Origin: Phycisphaerae bacterium
Lineage (GTDB): Bacteria; Planctomycetota; Phycisphaerae; UBA1845; Fen-1342
DNA: 64,000 nucleotides
Direction of reading: 5' to 3'
NCBI GenBank assembly: GCA_963675745.2
Contig: CAXXWX010000016.1
Location: 223,261-287,260, forward strand
Part shown: in pieces, positions 8,796 through 19,137 of the stretch
Layout of the letters: each line of letters begins with the position of its first letter
Numbering within the stretch: position 1 is the first letter of the stretch
Translations under genes and position numbers: made by a program
Notes under the pieces: model-generated
What the model was told of the DNA's origin: nothing
The model's database searches: none
What the model saw: only the letters and a program-made list of their open reading frames with translations

Positions 8796-10409
8796 TTAGG
8801 TACCGCTGTAGACCGCCTGCCAGCCTGCCCAATCGGCGAGATCCACGTCCTGGTCGTAATCGAAGTCGAAGGCCTCGCAGCCCGGAGGATAGGGTCCGGC
8901 TCCCGGTCCGGTGACGCACAAACTCCAGGCAGCATAGTCCGCCAGGTCCACGTCCGCGTCGCAGTCCGAGTTGCCGATGCCGAACTCGTAGGAGCCCATG
9001 TCCACCGCGGCGCAGAGAATACGGGCGTGACCGTCGAGATCGGTGTCAGTAGTCACCACCGAGTCGTCACCTTCATCGATACAAGGCGAGCCCGGCTGGA
9101 GCCGCAGCCCGTCGAAGAGCGGATCCTCGTCGATGTTGGTTGCATCCGGCCAGCCGCCCGCGATATCGCTGTACGTCACCGTAACCGTGCCGCTGCCGGC
9201 GTTGATCACTTCGTCGGTGCCGCCGTCCCAGATGATGCAGTTGGTGAAGGCGGCATCGCTGTCATCCAGGTTGAACAGCGCATCACCAATATTCGCATAG
9301 TTGTTCTTGAAAGTGCAGTTGACGACCGTCGCATTGCTCTGGGCACCTCCCGCAAGAGCGGCACCGTAGCTCAGAGCAGGGTAGAGAGTCTCAGCCCGAT
9401 TCCCCGTGAAGGCGCAGTTGGTGAAGGTCGGCTGGGTGAATTCGAGGTTGCTGACCGCCCCGCCGTAACACTCGGTGATGTTGAACAGCGTGTCCACCCG
9501 ATTGTACGAGAAAAGGCACCGGTCGAAGCTGGGGGCGCTGTAGCCTCCGTTGGCGACCCCGGCCCCGTAGAACTTGCAGTAATTGCCATGGAGGGTGCAG
9601 CCGATCAGCACCGCGCTGCAATCCCAGTTTCTCATGCCGCCCCCGTAGTTCTCGGCCGTGTTATCCTCTAAGGTGCAGCCGACCAACGTAGGCCGATACG
9701 CGCTCGACATCGAGTAGTTGTACATTCCCCCGCCAGAAATGGTAGCAGTGTTGTCCGCTATAAGGCAGTCGGTGAAGGTAGCATTGGTGTGGCTGTTGAA
9801 GACTCCCCCGCCGTACTCAGCCGAGTTGTCGGTGAAGATGCAGGAGACGATGGTGGGGCTACCGCCTCCGACGTACATTCCGCCCCCAGAAAGGGAGCCG
9901 ACCTCCGCCCGCCCCCCGGTAACCGTAAACCCGTCAAGCACGGTGGCAGCGGCGCAACTCGTAGCGGTAACCACCTGGTAGCTGTCCTGATCATCCCGGG
10001 GCGCTCCGGCCTTTTCCCCGGTGCGCAGGTCTCCACTGAGGATGGTCACGCAGGCTTCGAGATCGCGCATGTCGGGCCAAGGCGCTCCCGGACCCGCGTA
10101 GCCGCCGCGCAGGGCAACGCCGCTGATCAGATCGAAGCTCGCATTGGGATCCCCACGCGTTACATTCCCTGCTTCGTCCCTGTCCGGATGATACGTGCCG
10201 CCCGCCACGCGAATTTCGTCGCCGGCGGCGGCGCGCCCCAAGGCATCCTGGAGAAACCGGAAGGAGGAAACCCAACTCGTGCCGGTGCCCCCGAGCACGC
10301 TCTCGTCGTCCACGTACCAGACGGTCTGCCCCGCGGCCGTCAATGCGGTGCAGAGAGTGCAGATCAGTCCCACGCCCGCGCATTCATGCCATTTGATGTG
10401 GTTCATCAT
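8796..10409 (-). CDS. Secreted right-handed beta-helix repeat protein with C-terminal dockerin-like/EF-hand-like repeats
   Basis: WYVDD..GTSW..LQDAL start, repeated GGGMYN / F..N.A units, GSPCID..DLDG..VDMGSYE, DCDADVDLADY and DYDQDVDLADW. Confidence 0.85.
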   Translation of the reverse strand: MMNHIKWHECAGVGLICTLCTALTAAGQTVWYVDDESVLGGTGTSWVSSFRFLQDALGRAAAGDEIRVAGGTYHPDRDEAGNVTRGDPNASFDLISGVALRGGYAGPGAPWPDMRDLEACVTILSGDLRTGEKAGAPRDDQDSYQVVTATSCAAATVLDGFTVTGGRAEVGSLSGGGMYVGGGSPTIVSCIFTDNSAEYGGGVFNSHTNATFTDCLIADNTATISGGGMYNYSMSSAYRPTLVGCTLEDNTAENYGGGMRNWDCSAVLIGCTLHGNYCKFYGAGVANGGYSAPSFDRCLFSYNRVDTLFNITECYGGAVSNLEFTQPTFTNCAFTGNRAETLYPALSYGAALAGGAQSNATVVNCTFKNNYANIGDALFNLDDSDAAFTNCIIWDGGTDEVINAGSGTVTVTYSDIAGGWPDATNIDEDPLFDGLRLQPGSPCIDEGDDSVVTTDTDLDGHARILCAAVDMGSYEFGIGNSDCDADVDLADYAAWSLCVTGPGAGPYPPGCEAFDFDYDQDVDLADWAGWQAVYSGT

Positions 10410-10658
10410 TAGTAGACCTCCCGCGACCGGAGCCGATCAGGGGCCTGAGGTGACAGCCCACGTCACCCACGCGCGTTGCAGAACACGCGCCCCCTGAACT
10501 CAACTCCTAAGATCTCTAGAAGCGACAACCCCATACCCCACGCGGAAGAGCTCCGCGTACCGGACCTCATTGTAGCAATCTGCGCCCTTCATGTCACGCC
10601 TTATTCTGTCGCCCCAGCCCCTGTGCACCGCTCACCAGACGTAGCAGAGCGGTGCTGG

Positions 10659-10740
10659 CCGCAGATTTCCCAGATTGCGCAGATTCGCTGCCAGGTATCG
10701 AACGTCTTCCTCCTATCTGCGGAATCTGCACAATCCGCGG
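10659..10740. repeat. Inverted pair of 9 nt tandem repeats
   Basis: CGCAGATTT-CCCAGATTG-CGCAGATT ... ATCTGCGGA-ATCTGCACA-ATCCGCGG. Confidence 0.75.
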
Positions 10741-10898
10741 ACAAACTCCCGGAGCATCCTGTTCGACCCGGCGTGAGTGAGATTGCCCGCTCTGCCGGTA
10801 TAATCCCAAGGTGATATGCCCGCGGGGCCAGCGCTTTGCCAGCAGGGGTCTAGGGCTGCTCACAGGCAGCGCGGCGACCGGACATTCGACGGACACCC

Positions 10899-11345
10899 AT
10901 GCGAAACTTCTTAACCAGGTACAAACCGGCAGCCTCGACCCGTACGCACCTGCTACTAGCAGCGCTGATGTGGAGCACGGTGGGCACGGTATTGCTGGCG
11001 TTCGGGCTGCTTTGGGTACTACGCTCGGAGCTGCCCTACGGCTGGGGATTGGTCATGTTGGCGGTCGCAGTCGGATGGACCAAGGCGCATTTCGTGCTTG
11101 CGCGCACGGCGCGGCGCGTGGCGGCGCGGATCACAACCCGGGGCGACGGCTACTGTCTGGGCGGATTCCTCTCGCCGCTCTCGTGGGTGTTCGTGCTGGC
11201 GATGATCCTGATGGGGCGGCTGCTGCGTAGCGGGTGGTTGCCGCGCACGCTGGTGGGTTGGCTCTACGTAGCTGTGGGTAGCGCGCTGCTGCTGGCGTCC
11301 CGGCTGCTGTGGCGGGCGTGGCGGCGGCAGCACCCGGCACGCTGA
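10899..11345 (+). CDS. Hypothetical membrane protein (about 4 TM)
   Basis: 148 aa with four hydrophobic segments. Confidence 0.75.
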   Translation: MRNFLTRYKPAASTRTHLLLAALMWSTVGTVLLAFGLLWVLRSELPYGWGLVMLAVAVGWTKAHFVLARTARRVAARITTRGDGYCLGGFLSPLSWVFVLAMILMGRLLRSGWLPRTLVGWLYVAVGSALLLASRLLWRAWRRQHPAR

Positions 11346-11441
11346 CGGCGCGCGTCGCCGCCGGAGAAAGCGACGGCCACCCCAGCAAGGGACGGCCGTC
11401 ACCATGAGAGAAACAGTGAACTGAATCCGCGCCGCTTCCTG

Positions 11442-13337
11442 CTATGCCTCTGACTTGGCGCTTGGAATATCCTCCTGCGGAATCACCATCTTCACCTGGA
11501 CCACGCCGCTGACCGTGGCGGTCTCGATGCCCAGGCCGGAGCGGTGGAAGATCTTGAGCATGCCGCTGTTTTCCGGCAGCACGCTGGCGCGCAGGTGGTA
11601 GATGCCCTGGCTCTTTGCGATCCGCACCAGCTCCTCGTGGAAGTAGGTGCCGAGCCCCTTGCGCTGCCAGTCGTCGCGCACCACGAAGGCGACCTCGGCG
11701 TCCAGCTTGGCGGCGTCGGTCAGGTAGCGCCCAACTCCCACGATCTCCTCGCTCTCGGCGTCACCGACCACGCCCACGAGTGCCATCTCCGTGTCATAGT
11801 CGATGTTGCAGAAGACCTGGAGCTTGTTGTGAGGCATGGACTTAAGTTGCGAATGGTAGCGCAGGTAGACCGTCTGCTCGCTGAAGGAGTAGAACATGCT
11901 CTTGATGAGCGGCTCGTCGTCGGGGCGGATGGGCCTGACCCTGACTTGGGTTCCATCCAGCAGCTTGGCGGTCGATTCGTATTGGGCGGGGTACTGCGCC
12001 CGCGGGGGCGGGAGAATCTGGTTGGCGTAGACGATGCGGCGGCGCTTGGCGGCGTGCAGCAGCTCCGAGCGGAAGTCCGGGTGGGCGATGTTGATGAGCG
12101 ACATCGCCCGCTCGCGCATGGTCTTGCCGTGCAGGTAGGCCACGCCGTACTCAGTGACTACATAGTGAATGTCGCCGCGGGTAGTGATCACGCCCGCCCC
12201 CTCCTGGATGGTGGCGACGATCCGCGAGCGAATGCCGTCGGGAGTATCCGCGGTGCTGGGCACGGCAATGATGGGTTTGCCGTTCTTCGCCAGGGCGGCG
12301 CCGCGGATGAAATCGGCATGACCACCCAGACCGCTGTAAAGCTGCTGGCCCAGCGAATCCGCCACCACCTGCCCGGTCAGATCAACCTCGAGGGCGGAGT
12401 TGATGGCGATCATGTTGTTGTGCTGGGCGATAGTGAAGGGGTGATTGGTGTACTCCGAGGGGTGCATCTCAATCTGGGGGTTGCCGTCGAGGAACTCGAA
12501 GAGAGCGGTAGTACCAGCGGCGAAGCTGCCCACGATCTTGCCGGGGTGCAGGGTCTTGCGCTTGCCGGTGATCACGCCCGCTTGCGCCAGCTTGAGCACG
12601 CCGTCGGAGAACATCTCGGTATGGATACCGAGGTCGCGCTTGTCGGTAAGCAGCGAGAGCACCGCGTCCGGGATGCGCCCGATCCCCAACTGGAGGGTGG
12701 CGCCGTCGGGCACCAGGCGGGCGATGTTTGCGGCGATCTTGCGGGTGACCTCGTCCGGCTCGCCCCCCGCGGGCCATTCCAACAGGGGTTCGTCGTGCTC
12801 GATCAGGTACTTGATCCGATCCACGTGCAGGAAGGTGTCGCCCAGAGTGCGCGGCATGTTTCGATTAACCTGCGCCACTACCACCTTGGCCGACTCGACC
12901 GCGGACTTGGTGATGTCCACCGAGACACCCAGGCTACAGTATCCCCGCTGATCGGGCGGGCTCACCATCACTAAGGCGACGTCGATCCCCAGCCGGCGAC
13001 TCTTGAACAACGCCGGAAGCTGCGAGAGAAACACTGGGGTGTAATCCGCCCGGGCTTCGTTCACCGCTGCGCGCACGCTGTTGCCGATGAAGAAGGCGTT
13101 AGCGCGAAAGTTGGGGGCGAAGCGCGGGTCCGCGTAAGGCGCCACACCCAACGTCAGCACGTGCAGCACCTCCGTATCGGCCAGTTCGCCCCCCACCGAC
13201 GCCAGCGCTCGCACGAGTTCCTGCGGCTCCCCGCAGGCCGAGCCCACAAACACGCGCTGTCCCGGTCTGATAGTCCTGATCGCGTCGGTCGCGGGTACGA
13301 CCTTGTCCGCCCAGGTGTTGCGCCAATCGTGAGTCAT
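11442..13337 (-). CDS. Acetyl-CoA hydrolase / 4-hydroxybutyrate CoA-transferase family protein fused to a C-terminal GNAT domain (copy 2)
   Basis: LQLGIG.IP, GIHTEMFSDG, EVDLTGQV, SGLGGHADF, YVVTEYG; GNAT part EVAFVVRDDWQRKGLG. Confidence 0.92.
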   Translation of the reverse strand: MTHDWRNTWADKVVPATDAIRTIRPGQRVFVGSACGEPQELVRALASVGGELADTEVLHVLTLGVAPYADPRFAPNFRANAFFIGNSVRAAVNEARADYTPVFLSQLPALFKSRRLGIDVALVMVSPPDQRGYCSLGVSVDITKSAVESAKVVVAQVNRNMPRTLGDTFLHVDRIKYLIEHDEPLLEWPAGGEPDEVTRKIAANIARLVPDGATLQLGIGRIPDAVLSLLTDKRDLGIHTEMFSDGVLKLAQAGVITGKRKTLHPGKIVGSFAAGTTALFEFLDGNPQIEMHPSEYTNHPFTIAQHNNMIAINSALEVDLTGQVVADSLGQQLYSGLGGHADFIRGAALAKNGKPIIAVPSTADTPDGIRSRIVATIQEGAGVITTRGDIHYVVTEYGVAYLHGKTMRERAMSLINIAHPDFRSELLHAAKRRRIVYANQILPPPRAQYPAQYESTAKLLDGTQVRVRPIRPDDEPLIKSMFYSFSEQTVYLRYHSQLKSMPHNKLQVFCNIDYDTEMALVGVVGDAESEEIVGVGRYLTDAAKLDAEVAFVVRDDWQRKGLGTYFHEELVRIAKSQGIYHLRASVLPENSGMLKIFHRSGLGIETATVSGVVQVKMVIPQEDIPSAKSEA

Positions 13338-13343
13338 GGTTCG

Positions 13344-15503
13344 CTACTCCGCGAGAATGATCCGCGCATCCGCCACCATCGCGCCTTCACCGCGCGGGTA
13401 GACGATCAGCGGGTTAATGTCGAGTTCCTTAATCTGCGGCAGGTCGGTCACCAACTGACTGAGCCGCATGAGACAATCACCGATAGCTTCAACGTCAGAG
13501 GGCGCCTCGCCGCGCACGCCTTCGAGCAGGCGATAGGAGCGAATGTCCTTGACCATCTCCTCGGCCATGCCCGCGCGAATCGGGGCGAGCCGGAACGAGA
13601 CGTCGCGCAACGCCTCGGTGTAAATGCCGCCCAGGCCGAACATCAGCAGCGGACCGAAACGCGGATCGCGCGTCATGCCCAGGATGATCTCTTTGCCAGG
13701 GTCCAGCATCTTCTGCACCAGCACGCCCCAGATTTCGATGTCCGCTCCCAGCTTGTCCCGTACGGAAGCAACCATCTCGTCATGCGCCTGCCGCACCGCG
13801 TCCGGATCGCGCAGGTTCAACCGCACGCCGCCCACGTCGGTTTTGTGCAGGATCTTGGGGCCGGAGATTTTCATCACCACCGGATACCCGATCTCCTCCG
13901 CCGCCGCGGCCGCCTCCTGGGCACTGGTCGCCAGCTTGAAGGGCACCAGCGGGAAGCCGTAATGCTGCAAGGCCTCCAGCGCCCGCACTTCGACAAGCTG
14001 CGTCCGCCCCTCCTTCAGCTCGGAGGCAAAGAGCTGCTCGACCTGCGCCTGCTCCACGTCGTAGCGGTGATAGTCCCGCAGCGGAGCCCGACCCCAATCC
14101 GCGAAGCGCGCCTTGGCCGCCAGCGCCCGCATGGCGTCTTCGGGGAAGGTATAAGTGGGTACCCCGTGCTTCTTGAGCACCTTCACCGCATCCGCGATAT
14201 CAGCCAAGCCCATCAGACACGCCACCACCGGTTTGCCGCAGTAACTACGAGCTTCACCGATCACGTTGGCGATCTCGGTCATATCGGTCATCATCTGCGG
14301 CGTCACGATCACCACGATCTGATCGACGCCTTCATCGGCGGTGACGGCGTCCAAGGCGGCGCGATAGCGGTCGCTCTTGGCGTCCCCGATCACGTCGACC
14401 GGGTTCTTGAGGGCGGCCGTGGGCGGCAGTTGAAACTTCAGCGACTTCACCGTGTATTCCTGGAAGCCGCTCAACGCGAGCCCGTTGCGGATACAGGCGT
14501 CGGTGGCCATGATCCCCGGTCCGCCGGCGTTGGTCACCACGGCGGTGCGCCGCCCACGCGGTAAGGTCGCGTCGGCGAAGATCTCGGCGTACTCGAAGAG
14601 TTCCTCCACCGATTCCACCCTGATCACCCCCGCCTGATTCATGAGGGCTTCGTACACCTCGTCCGAACCGGCGAGGGAGCCGGTGTGCGAAGCGGCCGCA
14701 GCCGCTCCCTGTGCCGTGCGCCCGGTCTTGATCGCGAGGATCGGCTTGGGATGCTTGCCGTGGGTGATCCGGTTGGCGGCCTCGATGAACGCCTGGCCAG
14801 CCGAAAGCTCCTCAATGTACATCAGGATTACGTTAGTGTTAGGATCATTCGCGAGCGAGTGCAGCAGGTCCAGCTCGCTGATGTCGCACTTGTTGCCGAA
14901 GCTGATGAAGCGCGAAAAGCCCATGCCGATGCCCTTGGCGTAATCGAGCAAGGCGGTGCAGAGGGCGCCGCTCTGGGAGATCAGCCCCAGGCTGCCGGCG
15001 GCCGGCATCTCGCGGGCGAAGGTGGCGTTAAGCTGCACGTGGGCAGCCGTGTTGATCACGCCCAGGCAGTTGGGCCCGAGAATAGAGAGCCCCTTCTCCC
15101 GAGCCAAGGCGCTCAGACGGCGTTCACGCTCAGCGCCCTCCCCGCCGATCTCCTTGAACCCGGCGGTTATCACGACGAAGTGCTTGGTGCCGTGCTCGGC
15201 CGCCTCGCAGATCACGTCCTCCACCGCGGTGGCGGGAATCACGAGCACCGCCAGATCCACCTCATCGTCAACCTGCGAAACCCGCTTCGTGCAACGGCAG
15301 CCCAAGATGCTCTTGGCCTTGGGGTTTATGGGATAGACCACCCCCGTAAAGCCGCCGTAGATGAGGTTGCGCGTGATGGCATGCCCGACGGAACCGGGCG
15401 TGCGCGAGGCCCCCACCACCGCCACCGAACGAGGGGCAAACAAGGGCTCCAGATCCCGAATAGCCGCGGGAGCCTCGGCCGTGGAACTGACTACGCTGGA
15501 CAT
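13344..15503 (-). CDS. ADP-forming acetate/acyl-CoA ligase, alpha-beta fusion
   Basis: CoA-binding VAVVGAS, GPNCLG, phospho-His motif SHTGSLAG, NPVD, ATP-grasp HKTDVGGV, ELDINP. Confidence 0.92.
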   Translation of the reverse strand: MSSVVSSTAEAPAAIRDLEPLFAPRSVAVVGASRTPGSVGHAITRNLIYGGFTGVVYPINPKAKSILGCRCTKRVSQVDDEVDLAVLVIPATAVEDVICEAAEHGTKHFVVITAGFKEIGGEGAERERRLSALAREKGLSILGPNCLGVINTAAHVQLNATFAREMPAAGSLGLISQSGALCTALLDYAKGIGMGFSRFISFGNKCDISELDLLHSLANDPNTNVILMYIEELSAGQAFIEAANRITHGKHPKPILAIKTGRTAQGAAAAASHTGSLAGSDEVYEALMNQAGVIRVESVEELFEYAEIFADATLPRGRRTAVVTNAGGPGIMATDACIRNGLALSGFQEYTVKSLKFQLPPTAALKNPVDVIGDAKSDRYRAALDAVTADEGVDQIVVIVTPQMMTDMTEIANVIGEARSYCGKPVVACLMGLADIADAVKVLKKHGVPTYTFPEDAMRALAAKARFADWGRAPLRDYHRYDVEQAQVEQLFASELKEGRTQLVEVRALEALQHYGFPLVPFKLATSAQEAAAAAEEIGYPVVMKISGPKILHKTDVGGVRLNLRDPDAVRQAHDEMVASVRDKLGADIEIWGVLVQKMLDPGKEIILGMTRDPRFGPLLMFGLGGIYTEALRDVSFRLAPIRAGMAEEMVKDIRSYRLLEGVRGEAPSDVEAIGDCLMRLSQLVTDLPQIKELDINPLIVYPRGEGAMVADARIILAE

Positions 15504-15629
15504 CGAAACTCACCTCTTAAGGCTGATTGCCGGTCGGCGCGGGCGCTAATTCCCACCCGCCGGGACCGGTCGACTATGTAGTTGATAGGGCCGCAAGCCG
15601 CGTCGCTGACGCAGCCACTCTTACCCTCG

Positions 15630-17507
15630 TCACTGGTTCTTCTTCGTGAAGGGGATGCGCAAAATGTAGGCGCCATCCTCCAGTTCGCTCTCGACCGGGT
15701 AACCCGTCTTATGGAAAACGCGCAACATGCCCAGGTTGTCCGCCAGCACGTCCGCGGTGAAGCCGGCGATACCGTGGGCCCGGGCGGATTCGATCAAAAC
15801 CTCAATCATGTGCGAGCCCATTCCCTTCCGCTGCAAGTCGTCCCGCACCAGAAACGCCGCGTCGGCGAAGTTGGTGCGCGGGTCCTTGCGGTAATGCGCG
15901 ATGCCGACGATCTGAGCTTCCTCCGTGTTGTCCGTGAGCACCACCAGGGCCATATCCGATTCATAGTCCACCCGCAGAAACTCCTGCATATTCTGGTGCG
16001 GCATGGACTTCAAGATTCTGAAGAAGCGGAAGTGGATGGACTCGGAGGAGAGCTTGTAGAACATGTCGCGCAACATCGGCTCGTCCGTGAGCTTGAGCGG
16101 GCGGAGGAAGTAGCGCGACTTATCCTTCAGCTCAACCCAACGCTCCAGTTCCTCCGGGTAGACCGGGGTGCGCATCGGCAGCTCGATCTGATCGGCATAG
16201 ACCAGGTTCCGCCCCTTCGCCTCCGACAGCAGCCAGGGTCTGAACTTCGGGTGGGCGATCTGGATCAACGCCAATGCCCGCTCGCGAATGTTCTTACCAT
16301 GCAGATAGGCCACCCCGTACTCGGTGACGATGTAGTGCACGTCGCCCCGGCTGGTCACCACCCCCGCCCCCTGCTTGAGATGCGGCACGATCCGGGAGAA
16401 CACCTCGCCCTCGGCCGTGGAGGGTAGCGCAATGATCGGCTTGCCTCCGCGCGAGCGCGAGGCCCCCCGGGTGAAATCAACCTGCCCCCCGATCCCGCTG
16501 TAAAACATCGTGCCCAGCGAATCGGCGCAGACCTGCCCGGTGAGGTCCACCTCGATCGCCGAGTTGATCGAGATCATCTTGTCGTTCTGGGCGATGATGA
16601 ACGGGTCGTTGGTGTACTCCGTGGGGTGAAACTCGATCATCGGGTTGTCGTCGATGAACTCGTAGAGCTTCTTCGACCCCATCACGAAGCTCGCCACGAT
16701 CTTGCCGGGATGCAGCGTCTTGGCGGAGTTGTTGATAACGCCTTGCTCGATCAAAGGAATCACGCCGTCGCTGAACATCTCGGTGTGAATCCCCAGGTTG
16801 CGAAAGCCGCCCAGGTAATGCAGCACCGCATCCGGAATCGAGCCGATGCCGAGCTGAAGCGTGGCCCCGTCCTCGATCAAACCGGCGATGTGCTTGCCGA
16901 TGTGCTCGGCGATCTCGTCCTCTTCACCCTGCGGTGCTTCGAGCACGGGGATGTCGCTCTCGACCAACACGTCGATGTCATCCACCCGGATAAAGCAGTC
17001 GCCCAGCACTCGCGGCAGTTGCTTGTTCACCTCCGCCACCACGATGTTGGCGGACTCAGCCGCAGCTTTGACGATGTCCGTCGAGACGCTGTAGCTGCAA
17101 TAACCATATTCGTCGGGTGGGCTGACCCCGATCAAGGCAACGTCGATCACCACCCGGCGCGAGCGGAGCAGGCGCGGAATCTCGGAAAGGAAGATGGGCG
17201 TATAGTCGGCCCGCCCCTGGGCGACGGCGTCGCGGACGTTGGGACCGATGAAGTAAGCGTTATGGCGAAAGCGACTGCCGAAGCGGGGCTCGGCGTAGGT
17301 CGCCACCCCCAGCGTGAGAATGTGCACGATCTCGGTGTCGCTCAGGTCGTCGCGGGCGGATAAGGCCGCCACCAGTGCCTGCGGTTCACCCGCCCCGGAG
17401 CCCACGAAGACCCGCTGGCCATGCTTGACGCAGGAGACCGCCTCCGCCGCGGAAACCAGCTTATCAGCATAACGCTCCTGCCACGCGGGGGATGACTTAT
17501 CAACCAT
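15630..17507 (-). CDS. Acetyl-CoA hydrolase / 4-hydroxybutyrate CoA-transferase family protein fused to a C-terminal GNAT domain (copy 1)
   Basis: Same motifs as 11442-13337: GIHTEMFSDG, SGIGGQVDF, AFLVRDDLQRKGMG. Confidence 0.92.
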   Translation of the reverse strand: MVDKSSPAWQERYADKLVSAAEAVSCVKHGQRVFVGSGAGEPQALVAALSARDDLSDTEIVHILTLGVATYAEPRFGSRFRHNAYFIGPNVRDAVAQGRADYTPIFLSEIPRLLRSRRVVIDVALIGVSPPDEYGYCSYSVSTDIVKAAAESANIVVAEVNKQLPRVLGDCFIRVDDIDVLVESDIPVLEAPQGEEDEIAEHIGKHIAGLIEDGATLQLGIGSIPDAVLHYLGGFRNLGIHTEMFSDGVIPLIEQGVINNSAKTLHPGKIVASFVMGSKKLYEFIDDNPMIEFHPTEYTNDPFIIAQNDKMISINSAIEVDLTGQVCADSLGTMFYSGIGGQVDFTRGASRSRGGKPIIALPSTAEGEVFSRIVPHLKQGAGVVTSRGDVHYIVTEYGVAYLHGKNIRERALALIQIAHPKFRPWLLSEAKGRNLVYADQIELPMRTPVYPEELERWVELKDKSRYFLRPLKLTDEPMLRDMFYKLSSESIHFRFFRILKSMPHQNMQEFLRVDYESDMALVVLTDNTEEAQIVGIAHYRKDPRTNFADAAFLVRDDLQRKGMGSHMIEVLIESARAHGIAGFTADVLADNLGMLRVFHKTGYPVESELEDGAYILRIPFTKKNQ

Positions 17508-17721
17508 AGCCGGACTCCTTCTGACGCACTCCCAAACCGCGCCTGCCGGCGAGTCACCGCCCGCCCTCAGTAGCTCCCCCGGCGACCGACGAGGAACCCT
17601 CCACCCACGGGTATCCGTCAGATAGGAGAGGCCGTCAATGACCCACTAGCCGGAGCCTGCTCCATGCAGCACTCCGGAACCGGCCCAAGCACGTCGCCCC
17701 ACCCCCGCCCTGCAGCGCTAT

Positions 17722-17738
17722 ATGCAATCGGCATACCG
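17722..17738 (-). promoter_or_regulatory. Candidate sigma-54 promoter
   Basis: Minus strand CGGTATGCCGATTGCAT has GG-N10-GC spacing, about 215 nt upstream of the 17507 start. Confidence 0.5.
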
Positions 17739-17802
17739 CACCCGCCCGATCCACTCCCAGATCGGAGCGGAGGGTCACGCTTTCCCCCGGCGGCGGGGAT
17801 AC

Positions 17803-18135
17803 TTATAGGGTGATTACCTTATCCGCGTCGCGTAGGGTGGCAAGAATCTCGTCCATGTTGCTCTGGCGATCGACGATGAGGCGCTCGCCCAGACCATAAT
17901 ACTCGATGCAGGTCCCGCACGGCAGCAACTCGACCCCGCGCTCCTGCAAGGCCAGCAGGTCAGGGCCTAGCACGGATTCCCGCGCCACCAAGTGTACGCC
18001 GGAGTTATACAGTACGACGGCCTCTAAACCAGGGAAAACCTGGAGTTTACGCAGACATGCTCCCAGAAGCTTCTCCCCGAGTTCACGCTCACCTTCCCCC
18101 ATCTGGGGCCGACAGAGCACCACGACAGTCTTCAT
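17803..18135 (-). CDS. DsrE/YedF-like sulfurtransferase family protein
   Basis: MGEGERELG..L, LYNSGV and CGTC.EYYG motifs. Confidence 0.8.
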   Translation of the reverse strand: MKTVVVLCRPQMGEGERELGEKLLGACLRKLQVFPGLEAVVLYNSGVHLVARESVLGPDLLALQERGVELLPCGTCIEYYGLGERLIVDRQSNMDEILATLRDADKVITL

Positions 18136-18175
18136 AGGCAATTCCCGGGGCTCAACTGCGGCTTATATACTGGAA

Positions 18176-18787
18176 TCAGATAGCCGGCTTGACCTTGAAC
18201 AAGGGCTGCCCGAAACGCACCTCCGCGGCGTCCTCCGCCAGCACCTCGACGATCTCGCCTCGCTCGGGCAGGTCCACCCCGCCGTAGGTGATCTGGTGGA
18301 AGCACTTCATGATCTCGACCAGTCCGAGGATGGTGCCGGAGCCGACCGGCGACCCCGCCTCCACGTAGGGCGGCGCGTCGGGTGAGGACCGGCGGTAGAA
18401 GATGCCGTCCGACGGGGCCGGGACTGTGATCAGATCACCCACTCCGGCTGATCCCTCGGTGGCGGCACCACCCTTCGCCCTTGTAGCCGCCCCACCACCA
18501 CCGTCCAGGGCACGTGGGTCCAGCCGGGCCATGACCTCACCGTAAGCCACCGGTGAATAGCTGTTCGGAATGAACACTTCCGTCACCCGACCGTGGATCT
18601 CGCGCGGCAGGCGCAGCACGTAGCGCTCGTTGAGAATCTTCATCGTGATCACGCGGTCGGACGGGTTGAGGAACAAACCCACCTTCGGCGCCCCGTCAGC
18701 CATGCCCACCACCGGTGAACTCACCAGCAGGGTATCAGGGTCAGCCTCATCCGGTCGCACGTTTGCTATCAAGGTCTTTTCCGGCAT
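18176..18787 (-). CDS. Biotin carboxyl carrier protein with an extra degenerate N-terminal biotinyl-like domain
   Basis: P..GIFYR..SPDAPPYV, VEIMKC biotinylation-type motif, V.FGQPLF. Confidence 0.85.
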   Translation of the reverse strand: MPEKTLIANVRPDEADPDTLLVSSPVVGMADGAPKVGLFLNPSDRVITMKILNERYVLRLPREIHGRVTEVFIPNSYSPVAYGEVMARLDPRALDGGGGAATRAKGGAATEGSAGVGDLITVPAPSDGIFYRRSSPDAPPYVEAGSPVGSGTILGLVEIMKCFHQITYGGVDLPERGEIVEVLAEDAAEVRFGQPLFKVKPAI

Positions 18788-18802
18788 CTATCTTCTCGCG
18801 GC

Positions 18803-19133
18803 GGGTGGCATGGCCAAGCGTAGCGCCGCCATGCAGGCGGGACAGCAAATGGCGAAACCACTCGTAGGGTGCACCTTGGTGCACCTGTATCCTGCGTATC
18901 TCTCACTCCTGCGCGGCACATGCAGGCGCCCGACTGCGTCGGGCTTGGGCATGCCACCCATACTCGCCAGCCACATGCTCACCCTACGGGCTGAGCATGG
19001 CACCCAAGCCCTCCCCCTCTACCCTTCATCCTTCGTCCTTCCCTTCCGTCCCCACCCTTGCTCCGCGAGGATGCGCCACCCACACTCGCGTATTGTCCGA
19101 AAACCCTCGGCCGCCACGGGGGGCGGCCGCTAC
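18803..19133. repeat. REP cluster inside the carboxylase operon
   Basis: REP-M 18803-18833, GTAG-REP 18864-18885, REP-K 18919-18959, further hairpins, GTAGCGGCCG-type REP 19108-19133. Confidence 0.88.
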
Positions 19134-19137
19134 ACTC

